Below are positions 48,425 to 58,807 of a DNA stretch of 64,000 nt, in pieces. This DNA comes from Alphaproteobacteria bacterium GWF2_58_20 (GTDB lineage Bacteria; Pseudomonadota; Alphaproteobacteria; UBA1247), in contig MEMB01000002.1 in assembly GCA_001768735.1 (NCBI GenBank), forward strand, positions 699,031 to 763,030. Direction: 5' to 3'. The translations under genes were made by a program, and so were the position numbers. The notes below the pieces were generated by a model. The model was not told where the DNA came from, searched no databases, and was given only the letters and a program-made list of their open reading frames with translations. Position 1 is the first letter of the stretch; the number at the start of each line of letters is the position of its first letter.

Positions 48425-48789
48425 AAACATGCATGGTGGTGGATGACAGCCACGTTGTCCGCAAGATTGCCCGCAAGATTCTCGAGGATATCGGCTTTAC
48501 ATGCAGTGAAGCCGAAGATGGCCAGCAAGCCCTTGAATCCTGCTGCAAGGAAGGCATGCCGGACGCCATCCTGCTGGACTGGAACATGCCCGTTCTCAAC
48601 GGCATTGATTTCCTTCGCCGCCTGCGCAAGATGAGCGGGGGAACCACTCCAAAAGTCATCTTCTGCACGACAGAAAACGATCTTTCCCACATTCAGGAAG
48701 CCCTCGCTGCCGGCGCTGATGAATACATCATGAAGCCTTTTGACAGCGAAATCTTGGCCAACAAGCTTTCCCAAGTGGGTTTGTCCTGA
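48421..48789 (+). CDS. cheY: chemotaxis response regulator CheY
   Basis: MVVDDS...LLDWNMP...MKPF. Confidence 0.85.
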   Translation: MKTCMVVDDSHVVRKIARKILEDIGFTCSEAEDGQQALESCCKEGMPDAILLDWNMPVLNGIDFLRRLRKMSGGTTPKVIFCTTENDLSHIQEALAAGADEYIMKPFDSEILANKLSQVGLS

Positions 48790-49952
48790 TGGCAGATATC
48801 CCTCCGACGTTTCCTCCTGCCCCTCCGAATCCTGAACATCGTTATGCCGATGATCCACATCGCATCATGGTGGTGGATGACAGCGCGATCATCAGAGGCC
48901 TGTTGACACGCATCCTCGAATCCGATCCTGCCATCCGGGTCATTTCTTCTGTCAGTGAAGGGCAAATGGCCCTGAATGCCCTGAAGAGCCATGTCATTGA
49001 CGTCATTGTGCTTGATATTGAAATGCCTGGCATGGATGGCATGACGGCCCTGCCAAAACTGATTGAATCCGCGCCTCAGGTGAAAGTCATCATGACCTCG
49101 ACCCTGACGCGCAAAAATGCCGAAATCAGCTTGAGGGCCCTTGAAATGGGGGCCGCAGACTACATCAGCAAGCCTTCCTCCCGCGAGTTGACGGGCACAG
49201 GGGATTTCCAGCGTGAAATCATCACCAAGGTCAAGGCCCTGGCCATGGTGGCCCGTACCTGTGGCTCCCGTCGGCGACTGGGTTCAACTTTCATCAAGCA
49301 ACGCACCATAACGCCTCCGGTTCAGGTCAATCAGCCCAAACCCGCCCTTTCCATCCGTTCACAAACATACCGTATCCCCAGCCTCATCGCCATTGGATCA
49401 TCCACAGGAGGGCCGCAGGCCCTTTTTGAAGTTCTGCGGCATTTTCAGGGGCTCCCCCAGCCCATCATCATCACCCAGCACATGCCTCCGACCTTCACCG
49501 CCATCCTTGCCGACCATATCCAGAAACAATGCGGCATTCCCTGCGCCGAGGGCAGACATGGTGAACCCCTGGTGGCCGGGCGTATCTACATCGCTCCGGG
49601 AGACACCCACATGACCCTTTCGGGCACAATGGAAGCCCCCATCATCCGGCTCAACAAAGAACCTCCGGAAAATTACTGCCGTCCCTCCGTTGACCCCATG
49701 ATGCGCAGTGCCGCAAAAATCTTTGGCAACAACATGTTGTCCATCATCCTCACCGGCATGGGCCAGGACGGCATGCTTGGTTGCAAGCAGGTTGTGGAAT
49801 CCGGCGGCATGGTCATCGCACAGGACGAGGCTTCCAGCGTTGTCTGGGGCATGCCAGGCGCAGTGGCGCAGGCCGGCCTTTGCAGCGCCATCCTTCCCCT
49901 GACGGAAATCGGGCCCTTTGTATCCAAGAAAATCGCCCGGAGGCCAGCATGA
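48789..49952 (+). CDS. cheB: chemotaxis methylesterase CheB
   Basis: REC domain followed by the methylesterase domain (IAIGSSTGGPQAL, catalytic Ser/His/Asp context). Confidence 0.9.
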   Translation: MADIPPTFPPAPPNPEHRYADDPHRIMVVDDSAIIRGLLTRILESDPAIRVISSVSEGQMALNALKSHVIDVIVLDIEMPGMDGMTALPKLIESAPQVKVIMTSTLTRKNAEISLRALEMGAADYISKPSSRELTGTGDFQREIITKVKALAMVARTCGSRRRLGSTFIKQRTITPPVQVNQPKPALSIRSQTYRIPSLIAIGSSTGGPQALFEVLRHFQGLPQPIIITQHMPPTFTAILADHIQKQCGIPCAEGRHGEPLVAGRIYIAPGDTHMTLSGTMEAPIIRLNKEPPENYCRPSVDPMMRSAAKIFGNNMLSIILTGMGQDGMLGCKQVVESGGMVIAQDEASSVVWGMPGAVAQAGLCSAILPLTEIGPFVSKKIARRPA

Positions 49953-50806
49953 CACCTCAAGCAATTGATGTGTTTTCAAAATTCGTCAAACAGGCTTCCG
50001 GTCTTGTTCTCACTCCCGACAAGGCTTACCTGCTGGAATCCCGCCTGTTTCCCGTCATCCGGCGCTACGGCCTGGAATCCCTTGACATCCTTGCGGAACA
50101 TCTTCTCAAACCCATCCCGGATGCCCGTCTTGCCCGTGATGTCATGGAAGCCATGACAACCAACGAAACATCCTTTTTCCGGGACACCCGTCCGTTTGAC
50201 CAGTTCCGCGATGTCCTGCTGCCAAAATTTCTGGAAAAACGGGCGGCCCAACGCCACATCCGCATCTGGTGCGCCGCAGCATCCTGCGGGCAGGAACCCT
50301 ATTCACTCGCCATGATCCTCCATGAAAAGGCTGCCGAGCTTGCAGGATGGCGGATCGACATTCTAGCCACCGACATTTCCAGCGAAATGATTACAAAAGC
50401 CCAGAATGGACTTTACAGCCAGTTTGAGGTTCAGCGTGGACTTCCTGTCAAATATCTTGTCAAGCACTTCCAGCAGGAAGGCGACCGGTGGAAACTCTCC
50501 CAGGACATCCTGAAGATGGCCAAATTCCAGACCTTCAATCTCCTGCAGGATTTCACCCATTTCGGACAATTCGACATTATCTATTGTCGCAATGTCCTTA
50601 TTTATTTTGACCAGCCGACCAAGGAAAATGTCCTCAGGCGCATGGGCCGCACGCTGACCTCCGATGGCACCCTCTGTCTGGGCGGCGCGGAAACCGTTCT
50701 GGGAATCGCCGAATGGTTCAAACCGCTGGATGGCCAGCGCGGCATTTACGTCCTCAATCCGGACAGCCCTGCCATGGCCACCCTTGGCGGAGCCTACCAC
50801 GCATGA
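49949..50806 (+). CDS. cheR: chemotaxis methyltransferase CheR
   Basis: The start is at the ATGA overlap with cheB. IWCAAASCGQEPYSLAM and IYCRNVLIYFD are CheR SAM motifs. Confidence 0.85.
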   Translation: MTPQAIDVFSKFVKQASGLVLTPDKAYLLESRLFPVIRRYGLESLDILAEHLLKPIPDARLARDVMEAMTTNETSFFRDTRPFDQFRDVLLPKFLEKRAAQRHIRIWCAAASCGQEPYSLAMILHEKAAELAGWRIDILATDISSEMITKAQNGLYSQFEVQRGLPVKYLVKHFQQEGDRWKLSQDILKMAKFQTFNLLQDFTHFGQFDIIYCRNVLIYFDQPTKENVLRRMGRTLTSDGTLCLGGAETVLGIAEWFKPLDGQRGIYVLNPDSPAMATLGGAYHA

Positions 50807-50813
50807 AGGGCGG

Positions 50814-50862
50814 ATTTTAGAGCCTTTAACGTTTGGTTCAAGATGAACGTTGGAAGGCTCTC
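50814..50862. repeat. compact hairpin copy of the palindromic repeat family, lying between convergent genes (a likely bidirectional terminator)
   Basis: AGAGCCTTTAACGTT-tggttcaagatg-AACGTTGGAAGGCTCT. The arms match the family motif agagcctttaacgtttgg. Confidence 0.45.
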
Positions 50863-50870
50863 AGCAGCCA

Positions 50871-51659
50871 TCAAGCCGCTGGGCCAGTCGCCGGAATTTC
50901 CCGCACACGATCCAGATGGTGCGGCTGGAGCCAGAACACATCCCCTTCCGCCAGTGAACTGACGGGCAGGAAATCCAGCACTTCATCGCTGGGTGCATAG
51001 GGCTGGTAACCAAGCCCCCACAGGTAATCCGACAGAGATTTGGGCGTATCGCCCGCACGCGCCAGGGCGTGGGCCGTCATTTCAATCAACAGCGCGGGCT
51101 TGAGGGTTTCAAGGGTCTGCTTTGCCCCCACCAGCATGCGCATTTCCCAGCCTTCAATATCCGCCTTGATAAAATCAAGCCGTTCAAGCTCACGCACTTC
51201 AACGATCTTGTCCACCGTGGTGATGTACACTTCCTCATTGATGAACTGCCCGTCCGCTTGCGCTTCCCCCAGGTGCGTGGTGCCAAAACCGCAGCTTCCC
51301 GATGCCTTGATCGGCATGGACAGGATTCGGCGATCCTCGGCATCCCCAAATCCGAAAGGCAGGATGGTGGCATTTCGGATACGGTTGAACCAGAGCGCCT
51401 TCTTCAGAATCGAGAGGGCATAACTCCCCGGCTCAAACGCATAAACGTGCCCCTGCGGCACCATTTTGGAAAACAGCTTGGTAAACTGGCCCGCATGTGC
51501 GCCAATATCAAAAACCACCCCATCTTCCGGAAGGAGCCGAGACAGGATGGGTTGCATTTCCTTGTGATGCTGCTTGACGCAAGCCTTGAAAAGATGGGCA
51601 AAATAGGTCATGCGTGCCCGCGGTGAAATGCTGGAAATGCGAAACGGAACGGGTTCCAT
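50871..51659 (-). CDS. FkbM-family SAM-dependent methyltransferase
   Basis: FDIGAHAGQFT motif. The start was trimmed to MEPVPF (262 aa, GGAG RBS) to avoid overlapping parE. Confidence 0.65.
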   Translation of the reverse strand: MEPVPFRISSISPRARMTYFAHLFKACVKQHHKEMQPILSRLLPEDGVVFDIGAHAGQFTKLFSKMVPQGHVYAFEPGSYALSILKKALWFNRIRNATILPFGFGDAEDRRILSMPIKASGSCGFGTTHLGEAQADGQFINEEVYITTVDKIVEVRELERLDFIKADIEGWEMRMLVGAKQTLETLKPALLIEMTAHALARAGDTPKSLSDYLWGLGYQPYAPSDEVLDFLPVSSLAEGDVFWLQPHHLDRVREIPATGPAA

Positions 51660-51754
51660 GGAAACTCTCCTGATCAGGATTTTTTTCAAATTCATCATAA
51701 CATCTTGCGTTCGGGCATTGCAAACAACAAAAAGCTGCCCCATAATCCGGCCCC

Positions 51755-53752
51755 ATGAATGAACTCTTTGATCAGATGGAGCGCGCAGGCGGTCGCCCCA
51801 CAACCTATACCGCCAAGGATATCGAGGTTCTCGAAGGGCTTGAGCCTGTCCGCAAAAGGCCTGGCATGTACATCGGTGGCACCGATGAAACAGCCCTTCA
51901 CCACCTTGTGGCGGAAATCCTCGACAATTCCATGGATGAAGCTGTCGCCGGACACGCCAGCCGGATCGAGCTGGAAATCGCGGCAGACTATTCCGTGACC
52001 ATCCGGGACAACGGTCGCGGCATCCCTGTGGAGGAACACCCAAAATATCCTGGAAAATCCGCCCTTGAAGTCATCCTGACCACCCTGCATTCCGGTGGAA
52101 AGTTCGGCAGCGACGCCTACAAGACCTCCGGCGGCCTGCACGGTGTCGGCCTTTCCGTGGTCAACGCCCTGTCTGACCGCCTGGTGGTGGAAGTCGCCCG
52201 CGACCGCCAGCTCTGGCGCCAGAGCTACAGCCGCGGCAAGCCTGTATCTCCGCTTGAAAATCTGGGCCCCGTCCAGAACCGGCGCGGCACCACCGTCATC
52301 TTCCACCCCGACCCGGAAATCTTTACGGGGGGCGTGGTCTTCCACCCCGAACGCCTGCACCACATGGCGCGATCGAAGGCCTATCTTTTCCGTGGCGTCG
52401 AGATCCGATTCTCCTGTGATCCCGTCATCATCCGCCATGACGCCCCCATTCCGGCCACTGACACCTTCCATTTTCCGGAAGGACTTCAGGATTTTCTCTC
52501 TACCGTGCTTGAAGGCCGTGAAACCATTACCCCAACCAGCTTTTCCGGCCTTGTTGACCTTCCGGATGACATGGGACGGGTGGAATGGGCCCTCGCCTGG
52601 CCTGAAGATGAGGAAGGTTTCTGCCATTCCTACTGCAACACCATTCCCACGCCCAATGGCGGCACCCATGAAACCGGTCTGCGCGGCGCCCTTGCCAAAG
52701 GCCTGCGCGTATGGGGGGAGATGTCTGGCAACAAGCACGCCAGCCACCTCACTCCGGATGACATTACCGGTGGGTGCGCCATCCTGCTCTCCCTGTTCCT
52801 GCGCAATCCGCAATTCCAGGGACAGACCAAGGACAAGCTGACATCCTCGGAGGCAACCCGCCTTGTTGAGGGAGCAATAAAGGACCACTTTGATCACTGG
52901 CTTTCGGCGGATCCAGCCAAAGCAAACGCCTTGCTCGAAAAGCTTATTGAAAAGGCTGAAGAACGCCAGCGACGCAAGCAAAACCGCGACACGGCCCGCA
53001 AGAGTGCGACCCGCCGCCTGCGCCTGCCCGGAAAACTGACCGATTGCGCCCGCACCGCCGCAGAAGGCACGGAGATTTTCATCGTTGAAGGGGATTCCGC
53101 TGGTGGCTCCGCCAAGCAGGCCCGTGACCGCGAAACCCAAGCCATCCTGCCCCTGCGCGGCAAAATCCTCAACGTGGCCAGCGCCACCTCTGAAAAAATG
53201 CGCAACAACCAGGAAATCTCAAACCTCACCCTGGCCCTCGGCTGCGGTTCAGGCAAGAATTTCGACATCGCAGCCCTCCGCTATGAACGCATCATCATCA
53301 TGACCGATGCGGACGTAGATGGCGCACATATTGCCACCCTCCTCCTCACCTTCTTCTATCAGGAAATGAAACCCCTGCTGGAAAAGGGACACGTTTACCT
53401 TGCCCTTCCCCCGCTTTACCGGCTTGCCACCAGCGGCAAGGTTGCCTATGCCAACGATGACGAGCACAAGGACAGGCTGCTGGCAACCCTCTTCAAGGGA
53501 CGTACCAAAGTGGAGATCAGCCGTTTCAAGGGCCTTGGTGAAATGCCCGCCCAACAGCTGAAAGAAACCACCATGGACCGCGAAAAACGCAACCTCATGC
53601 GTGTCACGCTTCCCAGCTGCACAGACCCGGAAACCGTGGACATGTGTGAAAACATTGCAAGCCTTGTTGAACGCCTGATGGGCCGGAACCCGGAAATGCG
53701 TTTCCAGTTCATTCAGGAAAACGCCCAATTCGCGCACGATCTCGACGTTTAA
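51755..53752 (+). CDS. parE: DNA topoisomerase IV subunit B (type IIA topoisomerase ATPase subunit; the 665-aa length favours ParE over GyrB)
   Basis: GHKL ATPase motifs ([30 protein letters not shown]) and a Toprim domain ([15 protein letters not shown]). Confidence 0.75.
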   Translation: MNELFDQMERAGGRPTTYTAKDIEVLEGLEPVRKRPGMYIGGTDETALHHLVAEILDNSMDEAVAGHASRIELEIAADYSVTIRDNGRGIPVEEHPKYPGKSALEVILTTLHSGGKFGSDAYKTSGGLHGVGLSVVNALSDRLVVEVARDRQLWRQSYSRGKPVSPLENLGPVQNRRGTTVIFHPDPEIFTGGVVFHPERLHHMARSKAYLFRGVEIRFSCDPVIIRHDAPIPATDTFHFPEGLQDFLSTVLEGRETITPTSFSGLVDLPDDMGRVEWALAWPEDEEGFCHSYCNTIPTPNGGTHETGLRGALAKGLRVWGEMSGNKHASHLTPDDITGGCAILLSLFLRNPQFQGQTKDKLTSSEATRLVEGAIKDHFDHWLSADPAKANALLEKLIEKAEERQRRKQNRDTARKSATRRLRLPGKLTDCARTAAEGTEIFIVEGDSAGGSAKQARDRETQAILPLRGKILNVASATSEKMRNNQEISNLTLALGCGSGKNFDIAALRYERIIIMTDADVDGAHIATLLLTFFYQEMKPLLEKGHVYLALPPLYRLATSGKVAYANDDEHKDRLLATLFKGRTKVEISRFKGLGEMPAQQLKETTMDREKRNLMRVTLPSCTDPETVDMCENIASLVERLMGRNPEMRFQFIQENAQFAHDLDV

Positions 53753-53775
53753 TCCTACAATCAGAGACAAAAAAA

Positions 53776-55263
53776 ATGACGACCGAAACCTCCCCGGATT
53801 CCAATCCCCTTGTCCAGGCCAAGATTGACAACCTGCACAAGCTTGAAGCCCTTGGCGTCGCGCCCTTCCCCTACCGTTTTGATCCGACGCACCATGCGGC
53901 AGACCTGCAGGCAGAATTCATAAATCTGGAAAATGGCGCGGAAACCAGCATTCAGGTTCGGATCGCCGGACGCATCATGTCCATCCGCAATTCCGGCATG
54001 TTCATCGACCTGCGCGATGGATCCGGAAAAATCCAGGTCTTCTCGCACAAAAGTGTCCTTTCGCCGGAGAAGCTGGCGGAAATTGCCCTCTACGACCTGG
54101 GCGACATCATCGGGGTTGAAGGCCTCGTCCGGCGCACGCCGCGTGGCGAATTGACCATCAATGCGCAAGACGTCATCCTGCTTTCCAAATCCATTCGCCC
54201 GCTGCCGGAAAAATTCCACGGCCTGAGCGATGTCGAAATCAAGTATCGCAAGCGCTATCTGGACCTCATCACCAATGATGCCAGCATGGACACTTTCCGC
54301 AAGCGCTGCCAGATCATCCGCTTCATCCGCGAATACCTTTCCGACCAAGGCTTCCTGGATGTGGAAACCCCCATGCTGCACCCCATTCCGGGCGGGGCAT
54401 CGGCCAAGCCTTTCATTACCCACCACAACACGCTGGACATGCGCCTTTACATGCGCATTGCACCTGAGCTTTACCTCAAGCGCCTGATCATTGGCGGGTT
54501 TGAACGCGTGTTTGAAATCGGGCGCTGTTTCCGCAACGAAGGCATGTCCATCAAGCACAACCCGGAATTCACCACGGTTGAGCTTTACCAGGCCTATGCC
54601 GACTACAACGACATGATGACCCTGACGGAAAACCTTGTATGTGGCGCTGTAAAGGCCACCCACAACGGCCTGACGAAAGTCACCTTCGGCGAACATGAGA
54701 TTGATTTCACCACTCCGTGGCCCCGCAAGTCCATGCATGGCCTGGTTGCGGAAAAAACCGGTGTGGATTTCATGGCCATCCCGGATGCCACCGAAGCCGC
54801 AAAAGCTGCGGAAAAACTTGGCGTTTACATCAAGCCGGGCGCCAAATGGGGCGAAGTGGTCGAGACCGTGTTTGGCGACAAGGTGGAAGCCGAACTCATC
54901 CAGCCCATCCACGTCACCGACCACCCCAAGGACATTTCCCCGCTGGCCAAGGTACATCGCGACAACCCGCTCCTGACAGAGCGTTTTGAGAGCTATGCCA
55001 ACGCATGGGAAATCGGCAACGCCTTTTCCGAACTCAACAACCCGTTTGACCAGCTGGACCGTTTCCGCAAGCAGGTTGAGGCGCGTGAGGCTGGCGACGA
55101 GGAAGCCCAGATGCTGGATGCCGATTTTGTCGAAGCACTGGAATATGGCATGCCCCCGTGCGGAGGCCTTGGCATCGGCATTGATCGCCTTGTCATGCTC
55201 CTGACCAATTCCCAGAGCATCCGCGACGTGATTGCCTTCCCAACCATGAGGCCCAAGGACTGA
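53776..55263 (+). CDS. lysS: lysine--tRNA ligase (class II)
   Basis: OB anticodon-binding domain followed by class II motifs ([19 protein letters not shown]). Confidence 0.9.
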   Translation: MTTETSPDSNPLVQAKIDNLHKLEALGVAPFPYRFDPTHHAADLQAEFINLENGAETSIQVRIAGRIMSIRNSGMFIDLRDGSGKIQVFSHKSVLSPEKLAEIALYDLGDIIGVEGLVRRTPRGELTINAQDVILLSKSIRPLPEKFHGLSDVEIKYRKRYLDLITNDASMDTFRKRCQIIRFIREYLSDQGFLDVETPMLHPIPGGASAKPFITHHNTLDMRLYMRIAPELYLKRLIIGGFERVFEIGRCFRNEGMSIKHNPEFTTVELYQAYADYNDMMTLTENLVCGAVKATHNGLTKVTFGEHEIDFTTPWPRKSMHGLVAEKTGVDFMAIPDATEAAKAAEKLGVYIKPGAKWGEVVETVFGDKVEAELIQPIHVTDHPKDISPLAKVHRDNPLLTERFESYANAWEIGNAFSELNNPFDQLDRFRKQVEAREAGDEEAQMLDADFVEALEYGMPPCGGLGIGIDRLVMLLTNSQSIRDVIAFPTMRPKD

Positions 55264-55667
55264 TGCATACCCTGCGCAATTCCATTCTGGTCGGCATTGC
55301 CATTGCTTTGGCCGTGCTTCTCATTTTGACCTTCCCGACAAAAAAAGTCCTTTGCAGCCTCCGGTCATGCGATTCTGTTACACGCACGGAAAACACAACA
55401 GAACTGCCCCATCTGGTTGATGTACGCAGCGGATCGGAATTTGCGGCAGAACACCTTGAAGGGGCCATCCTGATCCCCTATGACAATGTATCCCTGCGCG
55501 TTCCAGAAATTTTTCCAAACCTGGATACCCCCCTCCAGCTTTATTGCCGTACAGGACACCGGGCCAGCATCGCCTTATCCGCCCTGAAAAAGATGGGGTA
55601 CACAAACGTTACCAATCTTGGCGGCATGAATGACATTATGGCACAGCTTGAAAAACCTGCTCCATAA
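55263..55667 (+). CDS. rhodanese-domain protein with an N-terminal TM helix
   Basis: CRTGHRA active-site Cys loop. The start is at the TGATG overlap with the lysS stop. Confidence 0.65.
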   Translation: MHTLRNSILVGIAIALAVLLILTFPTKKVLCSLRSCDSVTRTENTTELPHLVDVRSGSEFAAEHLEGAILIPYDNVSLRVPEIFPNLDTPLQLYCRTGHRASIALSALKKMGYTNVTNLGGMNDIMAQLEKPAP

Positions 55668-55715
55668 GACATTTCCCCCGCAACCAACCCTGATATTTCC
55701 AGCCGGATGCCAACC

Positions 55716-55812
55716 TTAACGTTTGGATTGAACAATTCCTGTTGATCTTGGGACGAGCCAGTCGCAAGGCAAACAGGGGGGCAAAATGCTCTAAAGGCTC
55801 TAAAGGCTTCAA
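55716..55812. repeat. truncated copy of the MITE-like family, ending in a 3x tandem 9-mer ctaaaggct
   Basis: ccttaacgtttggattgaacaattcctgttgatcttgggacgagccag is 45/49 identical to 5873..5921. It is followed by gctctaaaggctctaaaggcttcaaaggctcta. Confidence 0.5.
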
Positions 55813-55817
55813 AGGCT

Positions 55818-56687
55818 CTAATCCTTTTGCAGACCGGAAGCCTTCAGCCATACCTGTGCCTGCACTGCGGAAGCATTGATTTCCATATCTGTCATGGAGC
55901 CGGCAAGTTCTGCGGCCATTGATCGGGCCCGGCTGCTTTCGAGGGCATTCCCCCACAAGTCCTGCGCCACCAGGAACCACATTCGCGCGGCGACAAGATC
56001 GCGACCTGAAATGTTGCGCATGTCATCGCCCCTCGCCTTGTAGAACAGGCCCATCTGGTAGGCCGCATCTGCAAGCCCTCCCTCCGCCGCCAGAAGATAG
56101 GCCGCGCGGGCACGCAACATGTCCTGCCGCATGCCACAACCACTTTCATAAAGCTTGCCAAGGGCCAGTTGCGCCCTGGCATGTTTCTGTCGGGCGGCCT
56201 GTTCATAAAAGCGCGCAGCCGCAATGCAATCCGGAACTTGCGCCTTTTCCAGCCTTTGCCCCATTTCGTATTGGGCGTAGGAATTTCCGCGTTTTGCCGC
56301 TTTTTCATACCATTCCCCGGCCAATTCCCCATTACGGGAAACCCCCATGCCCTTTTCCAGCATGATGGCGAGGTTAAGTTGTGCCACCGCATTTCCCTGT
56401 CGGGCGGCCTTTTCAAACCACAGGAAAGCCTGAGGTAAATCCTGCCTTGCATCCAGACCTTCCGCCAGCATGAAGGCCAGGTTCATCTGGGCATGCACAT
56501 TTCCGCGCTGGGCAAGATTGGTGTAAAAAGCAAGGGTTTCCTCGGGCGTTTCAGGAATACGTGAAAACACATCCAAATGTTCAATGACAAGCCCTGTTTC
56601 AAGCGGTGTCATAAGCTGTGCATCTTCGGCCCATGCCCCTCCGGATGCCAGCAGAACAACCAGACTTAAAAGAATTTTTCCACCCAT
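55818..56687 (-). CDS. secreted Sel1-repeat (TPR-like) protein
   Basis: Signal peptide, then at least six Sel1 repeats (for example AQLNLAIMLEKGMGVSRNGELAGEWYEKAAKRGNSYAQYEMGQRL). Confidence 0.7.
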   Translation of the reverse strand: MGGKILLSLVVLLASGGAWAEDAQLMTPLETGLVIEHLDVFSRIPETPEETLAFYTNLAQRGNVHAQMNLAFMLAEGLDARQDLPQAFLWFEKAARQGNAVAQLNLAIMLEKGMGVSRNGELAGEWYEKAAKRGNSYAQYEMGQRLEKAQVPDCIAAARFYEQAARQKHARAQLALGKLYESGCGMRQDMLRARAAYLLAAEGGLADAAYQMGLFYKARGDDMRNISGRDLVAARMWFLVAQDLWGNALESSRARSMAAELAGSMTDMEINASAVQAQVWLKASGLQKD

Positions 56688-56740
56688 GAAAACGCCCTCC
56701 CTTTTCCGTCATCATATGCCTTTCCTTTCAGGAAGGGTAC

Positions 56741-56790
56741 AACGCAAAAAAACGCCGCCTTCCACCACAACCGGCAAGAAGGCGACGCCT
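56741..56790 (-). terminator. rho-independent terminator for the minus-strand gene at 56813..57343
   Basis: On the minus strand: CGTCGCCTTC-loop-GAAGGCGGCG followed by TTTTTTT. Confidence 0.5.
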
Positions 56791-56812
56791 TGTGCATGGA
56801 AAAAGGATTCAT

Positions 56813-57343
56813 TCAGCTCCCCAGATGCCGAACAAGCGCCAGGGCTTCGGCCGGCATTTCCTGCTCGATGCGCTGATAACGGCTGCCATCCCTCTGGCGG
56901 GTCAACATGCCGCGCCCGAACATTTCGCGTCGCAGCAGGGCATAATCCCCAAAGTGGTGATGGCTGTCGAGCAGTTCGCTGATGGTCTTTTCATCAAACA
57001 CCCTGCGCGCCGGAATCCGCGACCACAAAACCCACAAGACAAGCGTGCGCTCGCTGGCCTTGCCGGGCCAGCGCACAAGATTGCCCCCGGCATCGAAATG
57101 CCGGGCGACTTTCTGGATTTTCTTCATGTCCACAAGGGGCGCCTCGGTCATGACGCGCACGGGCATGATGTCCGCATCGCCGGCATGGAAATGCTGGTAA
57201 TTGCGAAAGCCCGCCGCCCGCGCCAGCATGTTGAGGAGTTCCAGATGGCTGGGGACAGCTTCCTTTTTTACCATCTGCGCCGCGAGCGATTTGGCAAGGT
57301 CGGAAATATCCTTAACGCAATAGGGCTGATCGTTTTTAGGCAT
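56813..57343 (-). CDS. hypothetical protein (possibly DUF2087-like)
   Basis: 176-aa ORF with coding-like composition. LVRWPGKASERTLVLWVLW...ELLDSHHHFGDYALLRREM is loosely DUF2087-like. Confidence 0.4.
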   Translation of the reverse strand: MPKNDQPYCVKDISDLAKSLAAQMVKKEAVPSHLELLNMLARAAGFRNYQHFHAGDADIMPVRVMTEAPLVDMKKIQKVARHFDAGGNLVRWPGKASERTLVLWVLWSRIPARRVFDEKTISELLDSHHHFGDYALLRREMFGRGMLTRQRDGSRYQRIEQEMPAEALALVRHLGS

Positions 57344-57629
57344 GACATATCCTTTCAGGTTCCGCGCCCGTCATCATTGCTGATTGCCTGTGGTTGCCGT
57401 CTTCAAACATGGGCCGGAAAAGGATTGTTTTCCAAGTGTCATGCGTCTGGCAGGTTTAGCTCCCCTTGCGGGGCGGCAACGCCTCGGATCTGCCGACCGT
57501 TGCCGAAGCATTTACGCCGCAATGACGCGCAAGGCAAGCGTTTTCAGCGAAAAAAATCGTTGCGGCTTTTGCCCTTTCCCGGCAAAACCGGAGAAGAAAA
57601 GCGGCAGGATACCGCAACTGCAAGCAAGC

Positions 57630-57746
57630 TCCGGAAGCCCTTCTTTGATGTTCGTTTCCAAAAACGCCGCGTCTTCCGCCGATGCGTTCCTGCGGGCGAT
57701 AACCGGCGCCATGTCCGGCGCTTTGAGCCATGCGTTTTCTGCAGGG
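57630..57746 (+). repeat. direct repeat copy A (about 117 bp), the partner of 58684..58802
   Basis: About 90% identical to copy B, with a perfect 68-bp core gatgcgttcctgcgggcgataaccggcgccatgtccggcgctttgagccatgcgttttctgcaggg. Confidence 0.7.
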
Positions 57747-57842
57747 AAGCCATGCAGAAATGACGGTTGCAATGAGGGGGGAAGAGCGGATACTTTAACA
57801 AGATCGAACAACTGGAAACGTCATGACAAGGGGTGCAAGGCA

Positions 57843-58601
57843 ATGACAACGCAAGAAACCATCAGGAAAAACCTGTTTGAGGCCACAAGACAGGGTGACC
57901 TTCCTCAAGTAAAGAAACTCATCGCCCAGCTGGACGAAGGCACCCAGCTTTCCGATGTGAAGGACATGAATGACTTCACGCCGCTGCATCTTGCTGCCGC
58001 GATGGGGCACAAGGATCTCGCGGAATTGCTGGCGGAAACGTGCCCGGACGCCATGATGGTGAGGGACATAAATGGCCTAACGCCGCTGCATTATGCTGCC
58101 GGGGAGAGGAATACGGATGTCGTGGAATTGCTGGCGAAAGAATGCCCGGACGCCATGATGGTGAGGGACATAAATGGCAACACACCGCTGCATGAGGCTG
58201 CCGCGAAGGGGCACAATGATATCGCGGAATTTCTGGCGGAAAAATGCCCGGACGCCATGATGGTGCAGAACAACAAGGGCAACACACCGCTGCATTGGGC
58301 TGTCTACTTGGGGTGCTTTGATATCGTGGAATTTCTGGCCGAAAAGGGCCCGGGCGCCATGATGATGAAGGACAAGTATGGCCTAACGCCGCAGGATGTG
58401 GCTGCCGAGAATGAGGACGAGGATACCGCGGCATTTCTGGAGAAAAAGATACGGGATGCCCTAAAGGTGAAGAACGGGGATGCACCCCTGACCATGGAAG
58501 AATTCAATCGTCTTTCCGCAGCCGCAGAAGCTGGGGAGATCGAAACTGTAAGGAAAATCCTAAAGGCAAAGGGTGTTTTCGCCCAGAAACCCAAGATGTA
58601 G
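57843..58601 (+). CDS. ankyrin-repeat protein
   Basis: The start was set at MTTQETIRKN. There are five or more repeats (TPLHLAAAMGHKDLAELL, TPLHYAAGERNTDVVELL, TPLHEAAAKGHNDIAEFL, TPLHWAVYLGCFDIVEFL). Confidence 0.7.
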   Translation: MTTQETIRKNLFEATRQGDLPQVKKLIAQLDEGTQLSDVKDMNDFTPLHLAAAMGHKDLAELLAETCPDAMMVRDINGLTPLHYAAGERNTDVVELLAKECPDAMMVRDINGNTPLHEAAAKGHNDIAEFLAEKCPDAMMVQNNKGNTPLHWAVYLGCFDIVEFLAEKGPGAMMMKDKYGLTPQDVAAENEDEDTAAFLEKKIRDALKVKNGDAPLTMEEFNRLSAAAEAGEIETVRKILKAKGVFAQKPKM

Positions 58602-58683
58602 AGGTTTAAGAAAATCCGCCACCAAAACCCCGGCTCCGCAAAGAGCCGGGGTTTTTGCTTGCCGCGAGCAAATATCCGGCCAA

Positions 58684-58802
58684 TCCGGAAGCCCGGCTTT
58701 GATTTTCGTTCCCAAAAGAACGCAGCGTCTTCCGCGGATGCGTTCCTGCGGGCGATAACCGGCGCCATGTCCGGCGCTTTGAGCCATGCGTTTTCTGCAG
58801 GG
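58684..58802 (+). repeat. direct repeat copy B, immediately upstream of the paralog C start codon
   Basis: See copy A. It ends 5 nt before the ATG at 58808. Confidence 0.7.
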
Positions 58803-58807
58803 CCGCC

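Noticed and set aside
53761-54957. 398-aa minus-strand ORF
   Set aside because: It is antisense to lysS.
55780-55812. Possible CRISPR-like or tandem-repeat array (ctaaaggct x3)
   Set aside because: There are only three 9-bp units with no spacers. It is part of the MITE-like element tail, not a CRISPR array. No CRISPR arrays were seen anywhere in the window.
57384-57842. N-terminal extension of the ankyrin ORF (the ORF track begins at 57384)
   Set aside because: The extension reads through the 117-bp direct repeat and intergenic-looking sequence. The ankyrin repeats begin right after the Met at 57843, which was chosen as the start.
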